Below, piece by piece: positions 11,958 to 24,270 of a DNA stretch of 64,000 nt (position 1 is its first letter; each line of letters opens with the position of its first letter). The stretch is from Vicugna vicugna. Lineage: Eukaryota. Made by a program: the position numbers and the translations under genes. Below the pieces are notes generated by a model. That model saw nothing but the letters and a program-made list of their open reading frames with translations, did not search any database and had not been told where the DNA came from. The DNA lies in the NCBI GenBank assembly GCA_013265495.1, contig MU058221.1:5006066-5070065 (forward strand). Reading direction: 5' to 3'.

Positions 11958-14900
11958 CTAATTCTTTTTCTTCTGTGCCTGGATCCTTGAGCCAAGCTTC
12001 TGAAGGTCTAAGTACACGTTCCGCTTCAGGATGGCGCTGCTGCAAAGCAGGGCCCCTTGCAGGGCTCCCATCAACCCACAGATGAAGATGTCCTGGCCTG
12101 GGAGACGTGAACAGAGGCCAGTGAGCACTGCTGCCCGCCCCCATCATGTCGGGGAGAGGGGAGGACAAGGGAGGACAAAGATTCTTGGTTCATCCCCCTG
12201 AGCTGGGGCCACTGAGAGCTGGCTTCAGACCAGGACCAGGGCCCACGGCTGCCGAGGCAGCACAGCCCAGGGTGTGGGTGGCTGCAGGGGACAGACAGCA
12301 GGATCTGAGGACAGGGACAGGGGATGTGGGGTGTCAGGGAGGTCCAGGGTCTCAGGTTTTGGCCAAATGGGGTACCTGTCAGGTAGAGGTTGGGGATGGG
12401 GCTCTGGGCCCTCATGGAGGCCATCACATGAGGATGCAGGCGGCTCAGATCATGTTCAGTCCCGTAGCAGGCACCCTGAGGAGTCGCCAGGTAGAACTGA
12501 GCCGTCAGCGGGGATCCTCCCGTCACACTGTCCACCTGAGGAGACAGGAGATGGGGAGCGGGACCCTGTGAGATCCTCGCCTCTTCCCTTCCTGCCCTTC
12601 CTGGAGCTCAGTCACCCGGCCCTCATTCCCCTGCCCTACCTTGCCCTCCAGCTGTGGGAATAGCTTCAGGGCGACTGACAGACAGGCTTCCACGAAGGAG
12701 CTTTTGAGGGCCTCGTAGTCGCTGCTCCGCTTTCCCTGGGGCTCGCCCTGCCACTCCTCGAACCACTTGTAGGAGGTGGGCACCAGCATGACCAGGGTGG
12801 ACCGGTCTGGGGACGCAGAGCCGGGTCACTACAGCCGCCCCTTCCCCAGCCAGCTCCCCTCCCCCTGGGACCTGCAGCCCCACCTGGGTACCGGTCCTCC
12901 CAGGTCGGGTCCTTGGCCGAAGGGGAAGCAATGAAGAGGATGGGCATGTGGGCTGCAGCCTCGTCCCTGGGCTTAGAGAGGTAGCGCTCCATCCTGGGGG
13001 AGGAGGGGGCTGTTGGTCTCCGGCCTTGGTCCTCCTGGCAGCCACCAGCACCCCCCCAAGGGCAGTTCATCCCCAGGGACCCCTCCAAAGGGATGAAGCT
13101 GAGGGGCAGCCTGGGTGGGAGAAAGCCCTATAGGGAGTGGATTCTGCCCACCTCCTCCCATCCCATCGCCTGCTGTCTCTCCCGGGGCTCAGCCTCCCCG
13201 ACGTGCACACAGACGCCTTACGCCTTGTCCATGTCTGTGTCAAAATAAACGTAGTAGTTGGTGGACTGCAAACCCAGTTCCTTCTTGGTGCCTCGGAGGC
13301 AGACGAAGACCAAGAAAACGCTCAAGCCGGGCCGCACCATCCCCAGCTGCCGCTTCACGCCTGCAGAGAGTCCGGAAGGCTGTGTGAGCCGTCGCCACGG
13401 ATGGCCACTGACGGCCACCAACGGCCACCGCCACCCTGGAGAGGCCTGCAGGCGCCTGCTCCCTTCATCTGCAGCCTCAGCCCTTCGGACAACGCATTGC
13501 AACATCGACTGGGCGGGGGCCTGCTCTTCTGTCTCCCGCCTGCGAAGGCCACAGCCCCAGACTTCTGCTCTGCACTCCTTCCGAGGCAGGTGGCACTCAG
13601 CCTCCCCGAGCCGGCTCACCGCCCCTGCAGGACCGTCTCAAGCTCACTGCCTCCAATCATCCCTTAATGTCTTTCAGTGATGAGCCATGACTGCGCTCCA
13701 AACTGCCACGAACACTGATGCGAACAGTAGTTTGTTACAAGCCTTGGCTTCAGTATTAAGTTTAATACAAGCTTATCTAATGAATAAATGTGCCTAATTC
13801 CTACTGTGCTGGACAGTCAGCACAAGGCCTCCAAGCCATGAGCCATGCCGGTGAAGAGACGTGAACAGCATCACAGACACCTGGCACCTGGCATTTCAGG
13901 GCTCAGCTGGGGAGGAGGGAGGAACAGCACTGGAGTGGAAGGTGACAGCCATTGGATGTCCCCTGGACGGAAGCTGCTGGGCGGCCCCACCTCTCGGCCG
14001 ATGATCCCAGACCAGTTTTCTGGAAGTTGCTCCCCCAAACTAGCCCCTGTGCTCGTTCCCAGGACCACTGTCAGCCCCTGCCTGAGGGATAGCTCACCGC
14101 TGGCTGCTCTGCTTAATTCATCTAACAAATATTTGTTGAGGACCTAAAACGTGCAGAGTGAGGAGGAGTCAGATAAGATGCCCACCTCCTGCAAAAGAGA
14201 GCTTCCAGAAGAAGCCCGCCACCCTCTTAGAGGCTGCAGAGAACTGAGTGCAGTGGGTAGGATGACCACAGGATGTGTCATCCAGAAAAAGCCACTTTTG
14301 AGAGTGAAAGCGGGCGTTGTAACCATGTCAGTAGGGCAATGGCCTTAAGGTTTACAGGCACTGAGGCGGGAAGGGGCGGTGGTAAGGAGCAGGAACTGCC
14401 CAGGGCCGCAGGTGCACCTTCTCACCTGGGCCCCAGCGTTGCCAAGTGACCACGCCCCATCTCCAGGTGGGGTGGGGTGGGTGCGGAGAGGACCAGGGGC
14501 CCGGGAGTGAAACCCGCTAGGTCTTCAGAGGCCTGTAGGAACAGTGACCACCTCCGCGCAGCCCGCCTTTCCCTTTGTCCACCTGGAAGGAGGGGCTCCA
14601 GGCGCCGCACACCCGGCAGCAAAATATAACCTTTGGCCTCAAATCAGACACACAGTGATTACACCAAGCCCTAATTCTCCACACCAGCCTTAGCTTCCCT
14701 TCTGATTGTCAAACCAGCCCTGGAATTTAAGAAAAGCACTCTTGTCACAAAGGCCCCTCTGCCTGACCACCCCACCTCCACCTGCCACCCGACCCAGAAC
14801 CGCCTGTCCCCATGGCGCCCAGATACCCAGTTCCCATCTCTGAAAGGGAGAGAGAACTGTGAGACTCTCTACCCACCAACAGCTGGAAACGAAGGAGTCC

Positions 14901-17900
14901 CAGCGCCTGGGGTCTCTGAGTTAAGCGTCATTGCCACCACTGCCTGAAATGTTCTCAAACTGGGATTCACCTGGGGCAGCATCTAACTTTGCACCCAAGA
15001 GGGACAAGTGGCCCTTCAGCCAGGTCGGGGCTGGCACCCCAGCCCGTCTTCCGGGCTGAGACAGGTGGAGGCTGTGGCCGGCAGTGAAGGGAGGGCAGGG
15101 CAGTGGCAACTCTGAAGCATGGCTGCCCGGAGGGCACATAGGCTTTTCTTTTTAGACACAGCCTATCAGGAGATGGCCAGACTGAGGCATGTCTCCATCT
15201 GGGTCCCAGGTTTCGAGTGCTGGGCTAGAGGCGGGCCTGGCGGGGAGTGGGTCGTCGGGGCAGTGGCAGGATTCAGAGGTCCGGGGAGACAGGGAAGCAG
15301 GAAGTGCCAGCGGCCAGTGGGCGGCCTCTGCCTCAGCCCACTCGGCTCACCCAGTCTGAGCGAGGGCTGGCCTCCGCTGGCAGCCACGCTGGCCGAGGCC
15401 CAGCCAAGTGGGGCAAAGGACTGAGGAGGCCGGTTCCTGGGAGGACACGTCCTGTGCCTCGGAGACAATCGCAGCTGCCACCCACCCTCTCCCCACGGGG
15501 AAACCCAAGACCTCACTCTCCCACTGAAGCCCCCTGGCCCGGCTCCTAAGAGAGCAGCGTGGGCCCGCCCTCGGGGATGGAGCGTTCCTTCCACTGCTCT
15601 CAGGGCCCCCACTCCGGGGCCCACTGAAGTCCATGGTTTCCACCCCACCCGCACCTTGAGCTGCTCCTTACTCTCCACCTCCCGCCCCAGCCAGAGGCCT
15701 CCACCCAGACTCCTCTCTCCTACCCCCCGGGTTACTGGTCCCCTCCTGGCCAGCGGCCCCCTTCCCTCAAGCATGTCGGGAGCTTCTGGCTACACTCCAA
15801 AATGGTGGCGTCCCAGCTAACCTTGGCTCAGCCACTCTGTTTCTTGTGGGCTGACCTGCTCTCCTGCCCCTTCTAGTGAGGCCTTCTCTCTGGAGGCCCC
15901 ACTCTCCCCAGCCCAGAGAGGGCCAAGAGCTCAGGCTTTCGAGTCAGACACCCCAGCAGCCTGTCTTGGCTTGAGCACCTCCAGCTGGTTGGCCCTGGGA
16001 AGTTCCTCACTTACACACCTGTTTCCCCAGCCATGAACATTAGGGCGACGCTCTCTCCCTAGTGGCTGAGCATCCAGTGCAAGGACAAAGCTATAGCTCG
16101 CACACAGACAGGCCCCCCACCCCGGCCAAAACACATAGGCTTTTATTTTCAGACACAGCCTATCAGGAGATGGCCAGACTGAGGCATATCTCCATCTGGG
16201 TCCCAGGTTTCGAGTGCTGGGCTCAAGGAACAGAAGAAAGCCAGCAGGGTACTCCTGCAGCCTGCGCACCGATCCGGAGCTGGTTCCCAAAGAGGCAGGA
16301 AAATATAACCTTGGGCCCCAGGAGAGGCCCGCAGCGATCACGCCAGGCCTTTCTCCTCCACGACAGCCTTAGTCAGCTGATAACGTCAGACCAGGCGTCC
16401 CCACTCAGTAAGTGAGGAATTAAGGAAGGAAGCAGGATTCATGAGGCAACCTAAGTGAAAACCCCAGAAATGTCCCTTTAGGACTCAACCCACCGTCATG
16501 AACTATCAGAGAGAGGATCTAAGATCTAGGGAAACCGGAAATGGGCAACTTGGACTAGAGACTCGAACAGAGGAGAGGGAACCGTGGTTGAGGTTACAAG
16601 GGGAACGGGAGTAAATATGCCAAGAATGAAATGAGAGAAGGACCAAGGGGTCTTTGAGGAGGATGCAATACAAAGGAAGTTGACCCCAACCCCTGAACAG
16701 AGGCCTGCTGGGAATGGACATTAGGAACCAGTGTGTTCCTCCTTCTGTCTAAGGCGGGTCAAAGGGCAGCCCTGATTCAAGGAGGAGCCAGGCTGGGGAA
16801 CTTGGAGAGCGACGCAGCCCGGCGTTTACCTGGCAGAGAGCGGGCCTTCTCGGGCAGCAAGTGCTTGTAGGTGTTGAACAGTCCCGCGTCGGAGATCACG
16901 ACAGGGCAGTGGATGTCCACCAGCTCTTGACCTTTCTTCACGGTGACACCTGCAGGCGCAAGAGCTTGGCTGGGGTTCTGTTTCTTCCAGGAGGATGAGA
17001 AAGGCCCCTATCCCCGCCAGATCTCTCCCCCGGGCAGGCGGACAAAACTGCAAAGTGAGGGCAACATCCTCAAGCACCCCCAGGGCATCCCACAGTCACC
17101 CCCACTTGCTTCCAACCCCCCCACCCCTGCATGGGCTCTCCTCTCTTCACACGAGCCCCAACGAAGCTCGTGGGCTGGAGGCCTTTGCTGGAATCCCAGG
17201 CCCCTCCTCACCGCTGCCGGAGCTCTGGTTCCAACGCTCTCCTTAACAGCCTCCAGTGACACCTCAACCTCTATCAAACCCCAAAGCCTTGTATCGGCCT
17301 TCCATGACATGGCCCCTCCCGGGCACCCAGCCTCATCTCTGGCCATTCTCACCCGACTATTAGGTAGAACTATATGAAACAGCTGGTAGTCGACCATGTT
17401 TTTGACCTATAAATACGGCAGTTTCTTATGATTCAACCTAACATTTTCAGCTTTTTCCTACCTCTGTGCCACCGCACATTCTATTCCCCCGGCCTGGAAC
17501 AACCACCTACCTGCCCCTCTGGCTTCTCCTCCCTCTTTGTGGCCTCCCTCTGAGGCCTTCCCTGCCACCATCCTCTGTCACCTCCACCCTCAGCACGTGC
17601 CCCTACGGGGCATGCCAATTATCTTCCCCATGAGCTGGAAACTTCTTAAATGAGAGATTAGGATTTACGTATCTTTTATCTCCACCTTTTATCACTTAGC
17701 ACATGAAAAACACAAATAAATATATTCGGAACTGAATTTACTGAACCGATAAACCCACCTAGCTTCATAAGCCCCTTCCGGCTGGAAAAACTTGCTCATG
17801 AAAAGGAGAGAGAGTCTCACACAGCTGCCAGCTGCCTCTCCTTCCCCTGGCAACTTCCCGGACTCCTCTACAAACACGTCCTCAGAGATCTCCCTTGAGT

Positions 17901-20900
17901 TTTTCAGGCACTGGGCCACTCACTCACCCCCTCGTCCCTAACAGATTCCTCTGGCAAATTCACAGTCACACCAGTCCTCTTTTCCTAGGGCCTCCTCCGT
18001 CCCCGTCCCTGATGCTTCTTAAGCACCACCCCCTCCCCTTTCTATTTAGTGGAGTCCATCCTTGCATAGCGCCTCCCCTCACAGAGTTCGCCCACAGGGG
18101 GATTCTGACTCCCTGCAGGTGACCCCAAATGCCTGAGCTGGGACAGTGAGTGTCATTTATAGATCGAGGGCAGGGCAGCCTGCCGGCCCGCACATGCCCC
18201 ATGGAGTGCCCAGGTACGGACCCGCTCCACTGAACGTTTGCTGGGCTCCGTTACCCAGAATCTACAGACACAAAGATTGAAAAGACACAGCGCCTACACC
18301 CAAGAAGGCCCTGGGTTACTGGATAACGATTTTTATCTATTGAAAAAATGATGAAATACTGTTCTCTGGGAACCACGCAATCCTTTACCCTTCCTGTGTC
18401 CTTTTTAACCTCTGAACCAATCACTATTTCTCCGCCCCAGCTTAGGGGCAGATTCCAGCTTTTAAGCTCCCACGAGGAGGTCAGCTCTTCTGCACCTTCT
18501 GCCCTCACTGCTTTCTTTTCTCTGGGGTCTCCCCTCCACTCCAGCCCAAGGACCATGAAGCCCCATGCAGGCCTCTCACCACAGGCTCTCCCAGCTGAGT
18601 CCAGCAAGATGCTCTGCACAGGGGCCCTCGTCAGGACGGCGCCCCCAGCCCGCTGAATCACAGGGATGGTGTGGAAGGCGATTTCACTGGAGCCCCCTCG
18701 GGGGTAAAACGCCCCTTCCAGGAAGTGGTCAACCAGTATAGCATGCATGGAAAAGGTCGCATAGCTGGGGGTCACACCTACAAAATGAAGGAAGGGGTGA
18801 CGAGGCAGGAGCAGGCAGCAACACCATTCAGGAAGGGACACGGTTCCCATCAGAAAACACGTGGCCTGAGGCTCTCCACCCCAGGATCCAAGTGATCCCC
18901 AGAGAAGCCAGAGGGCCTGTTTCCATCAAAACGTGGGGAACCATGCTGGGGCCAGGGGGAATGTCCTCCCTGCCAACTGCCAGGCTGCTGGGGAGGGCAG
19001 TGGTGGTTGGGAACAAAGGTCATCCAGAGCATGGGTGAATGGCCTTTTCTCCAGAGCATCCAGCAGGGAGGTGAACAGACGTCTCCTCCCTAAGCTCCCT
19101 AAGCTCCCTAAGCTCCCTGGGCGCAGCGCTGCTCCATTCCAGTCAGTCCAGCAGGTGCAGGAAGGAAGATTGAGGGAACGGCCCAGGGCCCCAGGCTGGT
19201 ACCCACCGTATGTGGGGAAGATGTAGCTGAGCACCGCCTGGAGTTCCCGGGAGGCTGGGAGCTGCTGCAGGACCTCGGCCAGGCTCTGGGTGGACGCGCG
19301 AAGGAACGGAGAGAATCGGGTGAGCAGCCTGCACTTGCTGAGCACCTGAGCCACAGGCAGCGGGAGGATCTTCAACAACAGGGCATGAAGGACTCCGTTG
19401 GATACCACCTGGGGAGGAAACCGGCAGGGAGGAACCGCCTGGCCCCCAGCAGCGCTGTAACAGCATCTCCTCTCCAAGAGCCTGCACCGGCCGAGGGCCC
19501 TGAAACACTTACCTGGCTGAACTTGGATTTTTAAAACTCTGTACTGTGAATTTTTCCCATCCTCCCCTCATATGATTCCTTTTTGGCTTTTTAGTTTCCT
19601 GCCCAAATTCCTTTTGAAAAATCGCAATCTGGTCTCAGAGGAAGTGGAAAAGGGCGCCTATGTGACCACAGCCTGGTGAGGGAGGAGAACAGGGTGCCCC
19701 CAGAGGCCGGAGTGAGCACTGCAGCTGCTGAGCCCAGGCTGCAGAGACAGAGGGGCCAGCTGCGCACAGAGGCCAACCCGGATTGGGGGCTGAGTTCCAG
19801 ACAGACATGTCTGGTCCTCCTTCCTGCTTCCCTCACCAGTCACTCCTCTAATGCGGAAGGTCAGCCTTGTCGGGACTAGGCGGGGCTCATCAGCGTGTCC
19901 AGCTTACCTTCACCAGCTTTATATACTTGTCGATGGCAGCTTCTTCCTGGGGAAACTTGTCCTTGAGGCCTTGAACGTACGCTTTCTTCCCACTGTACAT
20001 GGGAAACTCCTTTCGGCCGCTGGGCCCTTCTAGTACCATGATGTCAAAGGGTGAGGGCAAGGCAGCCCAGTCCAGCTGCCCCTCAGTGATCTGGTCCAAG
20101 GTAAAACGGCCAAAGCTGTGCTCATGCATGCGACCAATATAATGGATTCCTGTTGGGAGACAGAAAAACAACGCATCATAGAGATAAGGCGACTGAGCCC
20201 TGAAAGGCTCCAACAAGGAAGCAACATGAAAGACGTCGTCCTGGGGGAGGGTATAGCCTAGTGGTAGAGTGCATGCCAAGCATGCACAAGGTCCTGGGTT
20301 GAATCCCCACTCCACTAAAAAAATCAGTAAAAAGCTAATTATCTCTTTCCCCAAAATAAAAAAATAAAAACAACAACAACAACAACAAAAGAGTTTGTCC
20401 TGCAGGGCTGAGTCCACGCCTGGGGGGGGCTACCCACCCTTTCTGTAGAGGGTAGTTGCAGCAGAAACCACCAAATCCCTGCCCAGTTCAGCTCCCAGCA
20501 GATATGGCTGTCAGACAAGGAAAGTGGTGCCCAGGGAGAGATGGGGTCCCTCAAATCACAGAAATGCCCATTATCCCGGACCCTTTTCCACAGAAGCCTT
20601 ACCCGTGTCAAATTCAAGGCCATTCTGTCTAAAGGTATGACAACAGCCTCCTGCCTTGGTGTGTTGTTCCAGCACCAGAACTCGCTTGCCAGCTTTGGCC
20701 AGGATCGCAGCGGCAGCCAGGCCCCCAAAGCCGCTGCCAATCACCACCACATCTAGCTTCTCTGGCACCAGTCTGGCTGAGAAAGCTGCAGCACAGGGGA
20801 AGAGACAGAGGGTGGGCTGCTCAGGAGGGACAGTGAAAGAGCAAAGATGTGGAAACCAAGGCAGAATCCTCTAGCTTGTACAATGCAGGAAAACTCTAGA

Positions 20901-23529
20901 GCAGCTTGGCTCGGACCTCCCAGCTAGAATATCACCAACACTTTGCTGGGAAATGCTCAAGGCCAGCCAGGCAGATTAAACAGAGTGATTTGGTTTGATC
21001 AGAACTGATTTAACCAAAAACTAACAAAATAAAAAAGAACTGATTTAACCAAAGCCACCTATGTACCTGGGGATTTTCCCTACTTTCAAAGAAAGTAAGA
21101 CTCGGGAAATTATTATAAGAAAAACAAGCACCAAAAAAATCTGACAACAGTGGGGGGAGGGTATAGCTCAAGTGGTAGAGCGCATGCTTAGCATGCATGA
21201 GGTCCTAGGTTCAATCCCCAGTACCTCCTCTAAAAATAAATAAACCTAATTACCTCCCCCCACCAAAAAAAAAAAAAAGAGGGAAAACTTCTGACAACAT
21301 AAGCTGAGAAACCAAAGTCCAGACAGAGAGTGAGCTAGGGAAGAAACAATACAAGGAGGTGGGGGAAGAGGGAGTGTCGTGGGGCAGGCTGCTGGCTCAA
21401 GGAACTACCCCATTCACAAGCAGGTTATCTTGGGAAAATGTAAAGTCTGCAGGGAGAGGTTGGCCAGCCCGGTCACATGATGGTTCTTCAACATCCTGAT
21501 GCAGAGGCGTGGGCAGCACAGAGCTGCTTGGAGGCTGCTGCTCTGAGACGTCACAGCACCACCCCCTCACACTGGGGAAGCCTGGAGGCAGGGTTGAAGG
21601 GGCAGTACCTAAACAAGACAAAACTGGACAGCACGTGGTGCTAAATGGGCACTCCCCACACAAGGTCTGTTCTTTAAAGATCACTCCTGAAGAACTGAGA
21701 TTTGCAATCTTTCAAGCTGCTAGAGAACTTGGGAAACTTTTAACTTTTCAAATGTTTTTTTAAAAAAGACTTAGAGTGAAAAACTGCATAGCCGTTTAGC
21801 ACGCTGTCACTAATTTCCTGCATGGCCATTAACAAGTCACTCCAAGGTGCAACGTACAGCTCAGTGGTAGAGTGCATGTCTAGCATGCACAAGGTCCTGG
21901 GTTCAATTCCTAGCACCTGTTTAAAAAAATTTTTTTAATAAATAAATCTAAAATTACTTCCCCTCCATAAAAATTTTTTAAAAGGAAAGGAAAGAAAAAA
22001 AGGAAAATTTTTAAAAAGGAAATTTAAAGAAGGGAAAAATAGTCACTCCATTGTCTGGGTTGGTCTGAAAATCAGATAATTAGTTTAACTGTTTTTCTTA
22101 ACTGTAATCACTTGAGGGACCAAATGCAATTTCCTATAAAGGTTTCTGTGTAGCTCTTCTATGTACCTGAACCCTTGTGGGAAGACAAATTAAAAAGTTA
22201 AAGTCTTAAAACCAGTAAGAGAAAGGTCTCTTTATCCCGTGAGCACGGGCCATACTAAGGGCCGGGGCCTGGACCAGGCTATGCCCAGACCTTTGCTCAC
22301 CAAAGTCCTTGCCCAAGATGGTGGGGCCATAATTCCCTGGGTCCCAGTGGGCAGCAGCTCACCCTGCCGGAATGGGAATGCTAGAGTGAAAAATACATTT
22401 CATATTACATCCCAGAATATATGTTAGTATATAACATAAATACCTGAAACAGAAGTTTCACAATACTTACCAGAACTATGTGTGATGCACTCTGATGTTT
22501 TCAACTCTACTTCACTTAAAATGCTAGTCCCAACCCACTCAGTCGATTTCATGACCCACTAAAAGATCACAACCTGGTGTGAAATACAGTTAAATTAGTT
22601 ATCTCATTTTTAGACCAACCCAGATAGATAATGGAGTGATTTGTTAATGGTTATGCAGGAAATTTGTGACAGTGTGCTTAATGGTTATGCAGGAAATTAG
22701 TGACAAGTCCAATTAAAACTGATCTCAGCAGTTCCGACCAACAGTCCATTCACTCAGAACAGACCATCTCCAACTGTGAAGCAAGACTTGTCACACAGAA
22801 TACTAGCGAGGGACCCAGGAGATCAAACAGGGTAAACTTTTTTTTTTAAGCGGCATAACTCTTTCTTTAAACTTTAGAAGGAAGCCCCAAACACTTTTTA
22901 AAGATGACAGAGGACGTCCTTTGGTCAAAGAGCAGACTCTGTTGGGCGTCTCCCAAAGTTTTCAAGCCAAGGTCCAACCAGTCAAGTCGCTCGATGGACC
23001 AAATGCAATTTCCTATAAAGGTTTCTGTGCAGCAATCCCACGGGGGTCTCTGAACCCACGTGGGAAAATAAGTGAAAAAGTTAAGGTCTTAAAACCAAGT
23101 GGGGGAAAGGTCTCCAAGTAGGGGAAAAGCCAGTGCCCGCGCCGGGGGAGCCATGATTCCCTGAGCCTGTGCGGGTGAAGGCTCTCGCCGGTGGAGGACT
23201 CTAAAGCGGGCGTCTCCACCTGCAAGGAAGCCTTTTACTTCTGGGGACCCTGAGGCCTGGGTCGGGCAGCAGCTCGCCCTGCGGGGATGGGAACGCCAGC
23301 CCGCGAGGATGCCCGGGCGCAGCCTCGGACCCCGGGGTCTCTCCCGCTGACCTTGCTTGAGAACCTTCTTCCTGGCCTCCTTGTCGGTCACCAGGGGCGC
23401 GGGTGGTCGCCTGACATCCTCGAGGAAGGGATTCGGGGAGCCGCCTGCAAACAGCCCCTTGTAAACTTTGCGGAGGACCGCCAGCAGCAGCACGGCCAGC
23501 AGCAGCAGCAGCAGCAGGGACAGCCACAT
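11958..23529 (-). CDS. RETSAT: All-trans-retinol 13,14-reductase (retinol saturase), 612 aa
   Basis: Exons (minus): 23529-23352, 20785-20603, 20149-19908, 19408-19207, 18777-18580, 16949-16830, 13360-13222, 12993-12884, 12806-12640, 12535-12376, 12097-11958 = 1839 nt, in frame, all GT-AG. Hydrophobic N-terminus [16 protein letters not shown], Rossmann motif [36 protein letters not shown]-terminus ...IQAQKKKN*. Confidence 0.97.
15135..16223. repeat. Dispersed 92-bp direct repeat in RETSAT intron 6
   Basis: 15135-15226 and 16132-16223 are nearly identical (about 3 mismatches). Confidence 0.95.
17360..17441. mobile_element. MADE2-like mariner miniature inverted-repeat element
   Basis: About 80 bp with inverted ends TTAGGTAGAACTATATGAAAC / GTTTCTTATGATTCAACCTAA. 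Confidence 0.75.
20243..20390 (+). mobile_element. tRNA-Ala-derived SINE
   Basis: Same head consensus; tail ends in (CAA)n; degenerate TSD ending in GTCCT. Confidence 0.85.
21152..21283 (+). mobile_element. tRNA-Ala-derived SINE
   Basis: Intact A/B boxes, poly(A), TSD TCTGACAACA. Confidence 0.9.
21846..22035 (+). mobile_element. tRNA-Ala-derived SINE
   Basis: Head consensus, A-rich tail, TSD AGTCACTCCA. Confidence 0.85.
22117..23298. repeat. Diverged ~270-300 bp direct duplication in RETSAT intron 1
   Basis: GGACCAAATGCAATTTCCTATAAAGGTTTCTGTG at 22117 and 22996, with colinear similarity to ~22383 and ~23298. Confidence 0.85.
22644..22705. repeat. 34-bp-period tandem duplication
   Basis: TTAATGGTTATGCAGGAAATT(T/A)GTGACA at 22644 and 22678. 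Confidence 0.9.
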
Positions 23530-24270
23530 CGCGCCGGCGCCGGACGCGGGCAGCTTGTCGCTTCGGACTGCTCCCGCGGCGCCCCCGAGGCAGCCTGGCC
23601 TCCCAGCCGGGGGGCGGAGGCAGCTTGGACCGCTGACCAACCAGCACTCTTTGGGCGGGACGCCAAGCCCCCGACGCAGATTGACCCTCCCGGCTCCTCG
23701 TACGTCCTTCTCCCGCTGCGCGGGGGGGTGGGGCAGGTAGCGGCGTGCGCATGCGCGGAGGGGGCCCGGAGGGGATGAGGGACCCCAGTCCGGACAGAGC
23801 TGGGAACTCGGGGACGTGTCCGAGGAGTCCTGGGAGTCCTAGAAGGAGGAATGCGGGGTGGAAGTCATCGCCCTAGGGCCAGACGAGGCTGAGAGTTGCA
23901 GGACAGACTCCCGACTGGCAGACGGGAGATGTGGGTTATGGTCCGCGCTCTGCCGCGGACTCGCTGGATGACCTGAGGCAAGATGCTTTCCTGTTTCCCC
24001 AACGAGCAGTGAGAAAGTTTCTGTCTGGAGGCCCCGCGCAGCCCCTGTCTGGCTGGGTGTCTCGATAGATTGAGATCTCTGTTGAGATTCGCACATCTCA
24101 GCCGGCGAGTACTCGGCTCTGTGCCGGCAAAGTGGCCGGTAGTTTCGGCCGTGGCGCCCCCCAGCCCGCCGACGATGCCTGCGGTGGGGGCCTGATGGGG
24201 GCCAGAGAGAGCAGGGAGCTGGCCGGTGACAAGCCCAATGAGAGGACAGCCCTGCCCGTGTGCGCATTTG
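23100..24270. promoter_or_regulatory. Bidirectional CpG-island promoter shared by RETSAT (-) and ELMOD3 (+)
   Basis: CpG-rich segment containing RETSAT exon 1; head-to-head gene arrangement; NRF1-type palindrome GCGCATGCGC at 23747-23756; GC box GGGCGG at ~23653. Confidence 0.85.

Noticed and set aside
15166..15774. 202-aa ORF in RETSAT intron 6 as a nested gene
   Set aside because: GC-rich low-complexity translation with no recognisable homology; only the duplications and poly(A) motif were kept as observations.
19087..19118. (CCCTAAGCT)x3 repeat as a telomeric or CRISPR-like array
   Set aside because: An ordinary 9-bp tandem repeat with no spacers, in a mammalian intron.
21152..21230. tRNA-Ala(AGC)-like sequences here and at ~11 other sites
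   Set aside because: They have A-rich tails, TSDs, degenerate stems and high copy number, so they are SINEs rather than tRNA genes.
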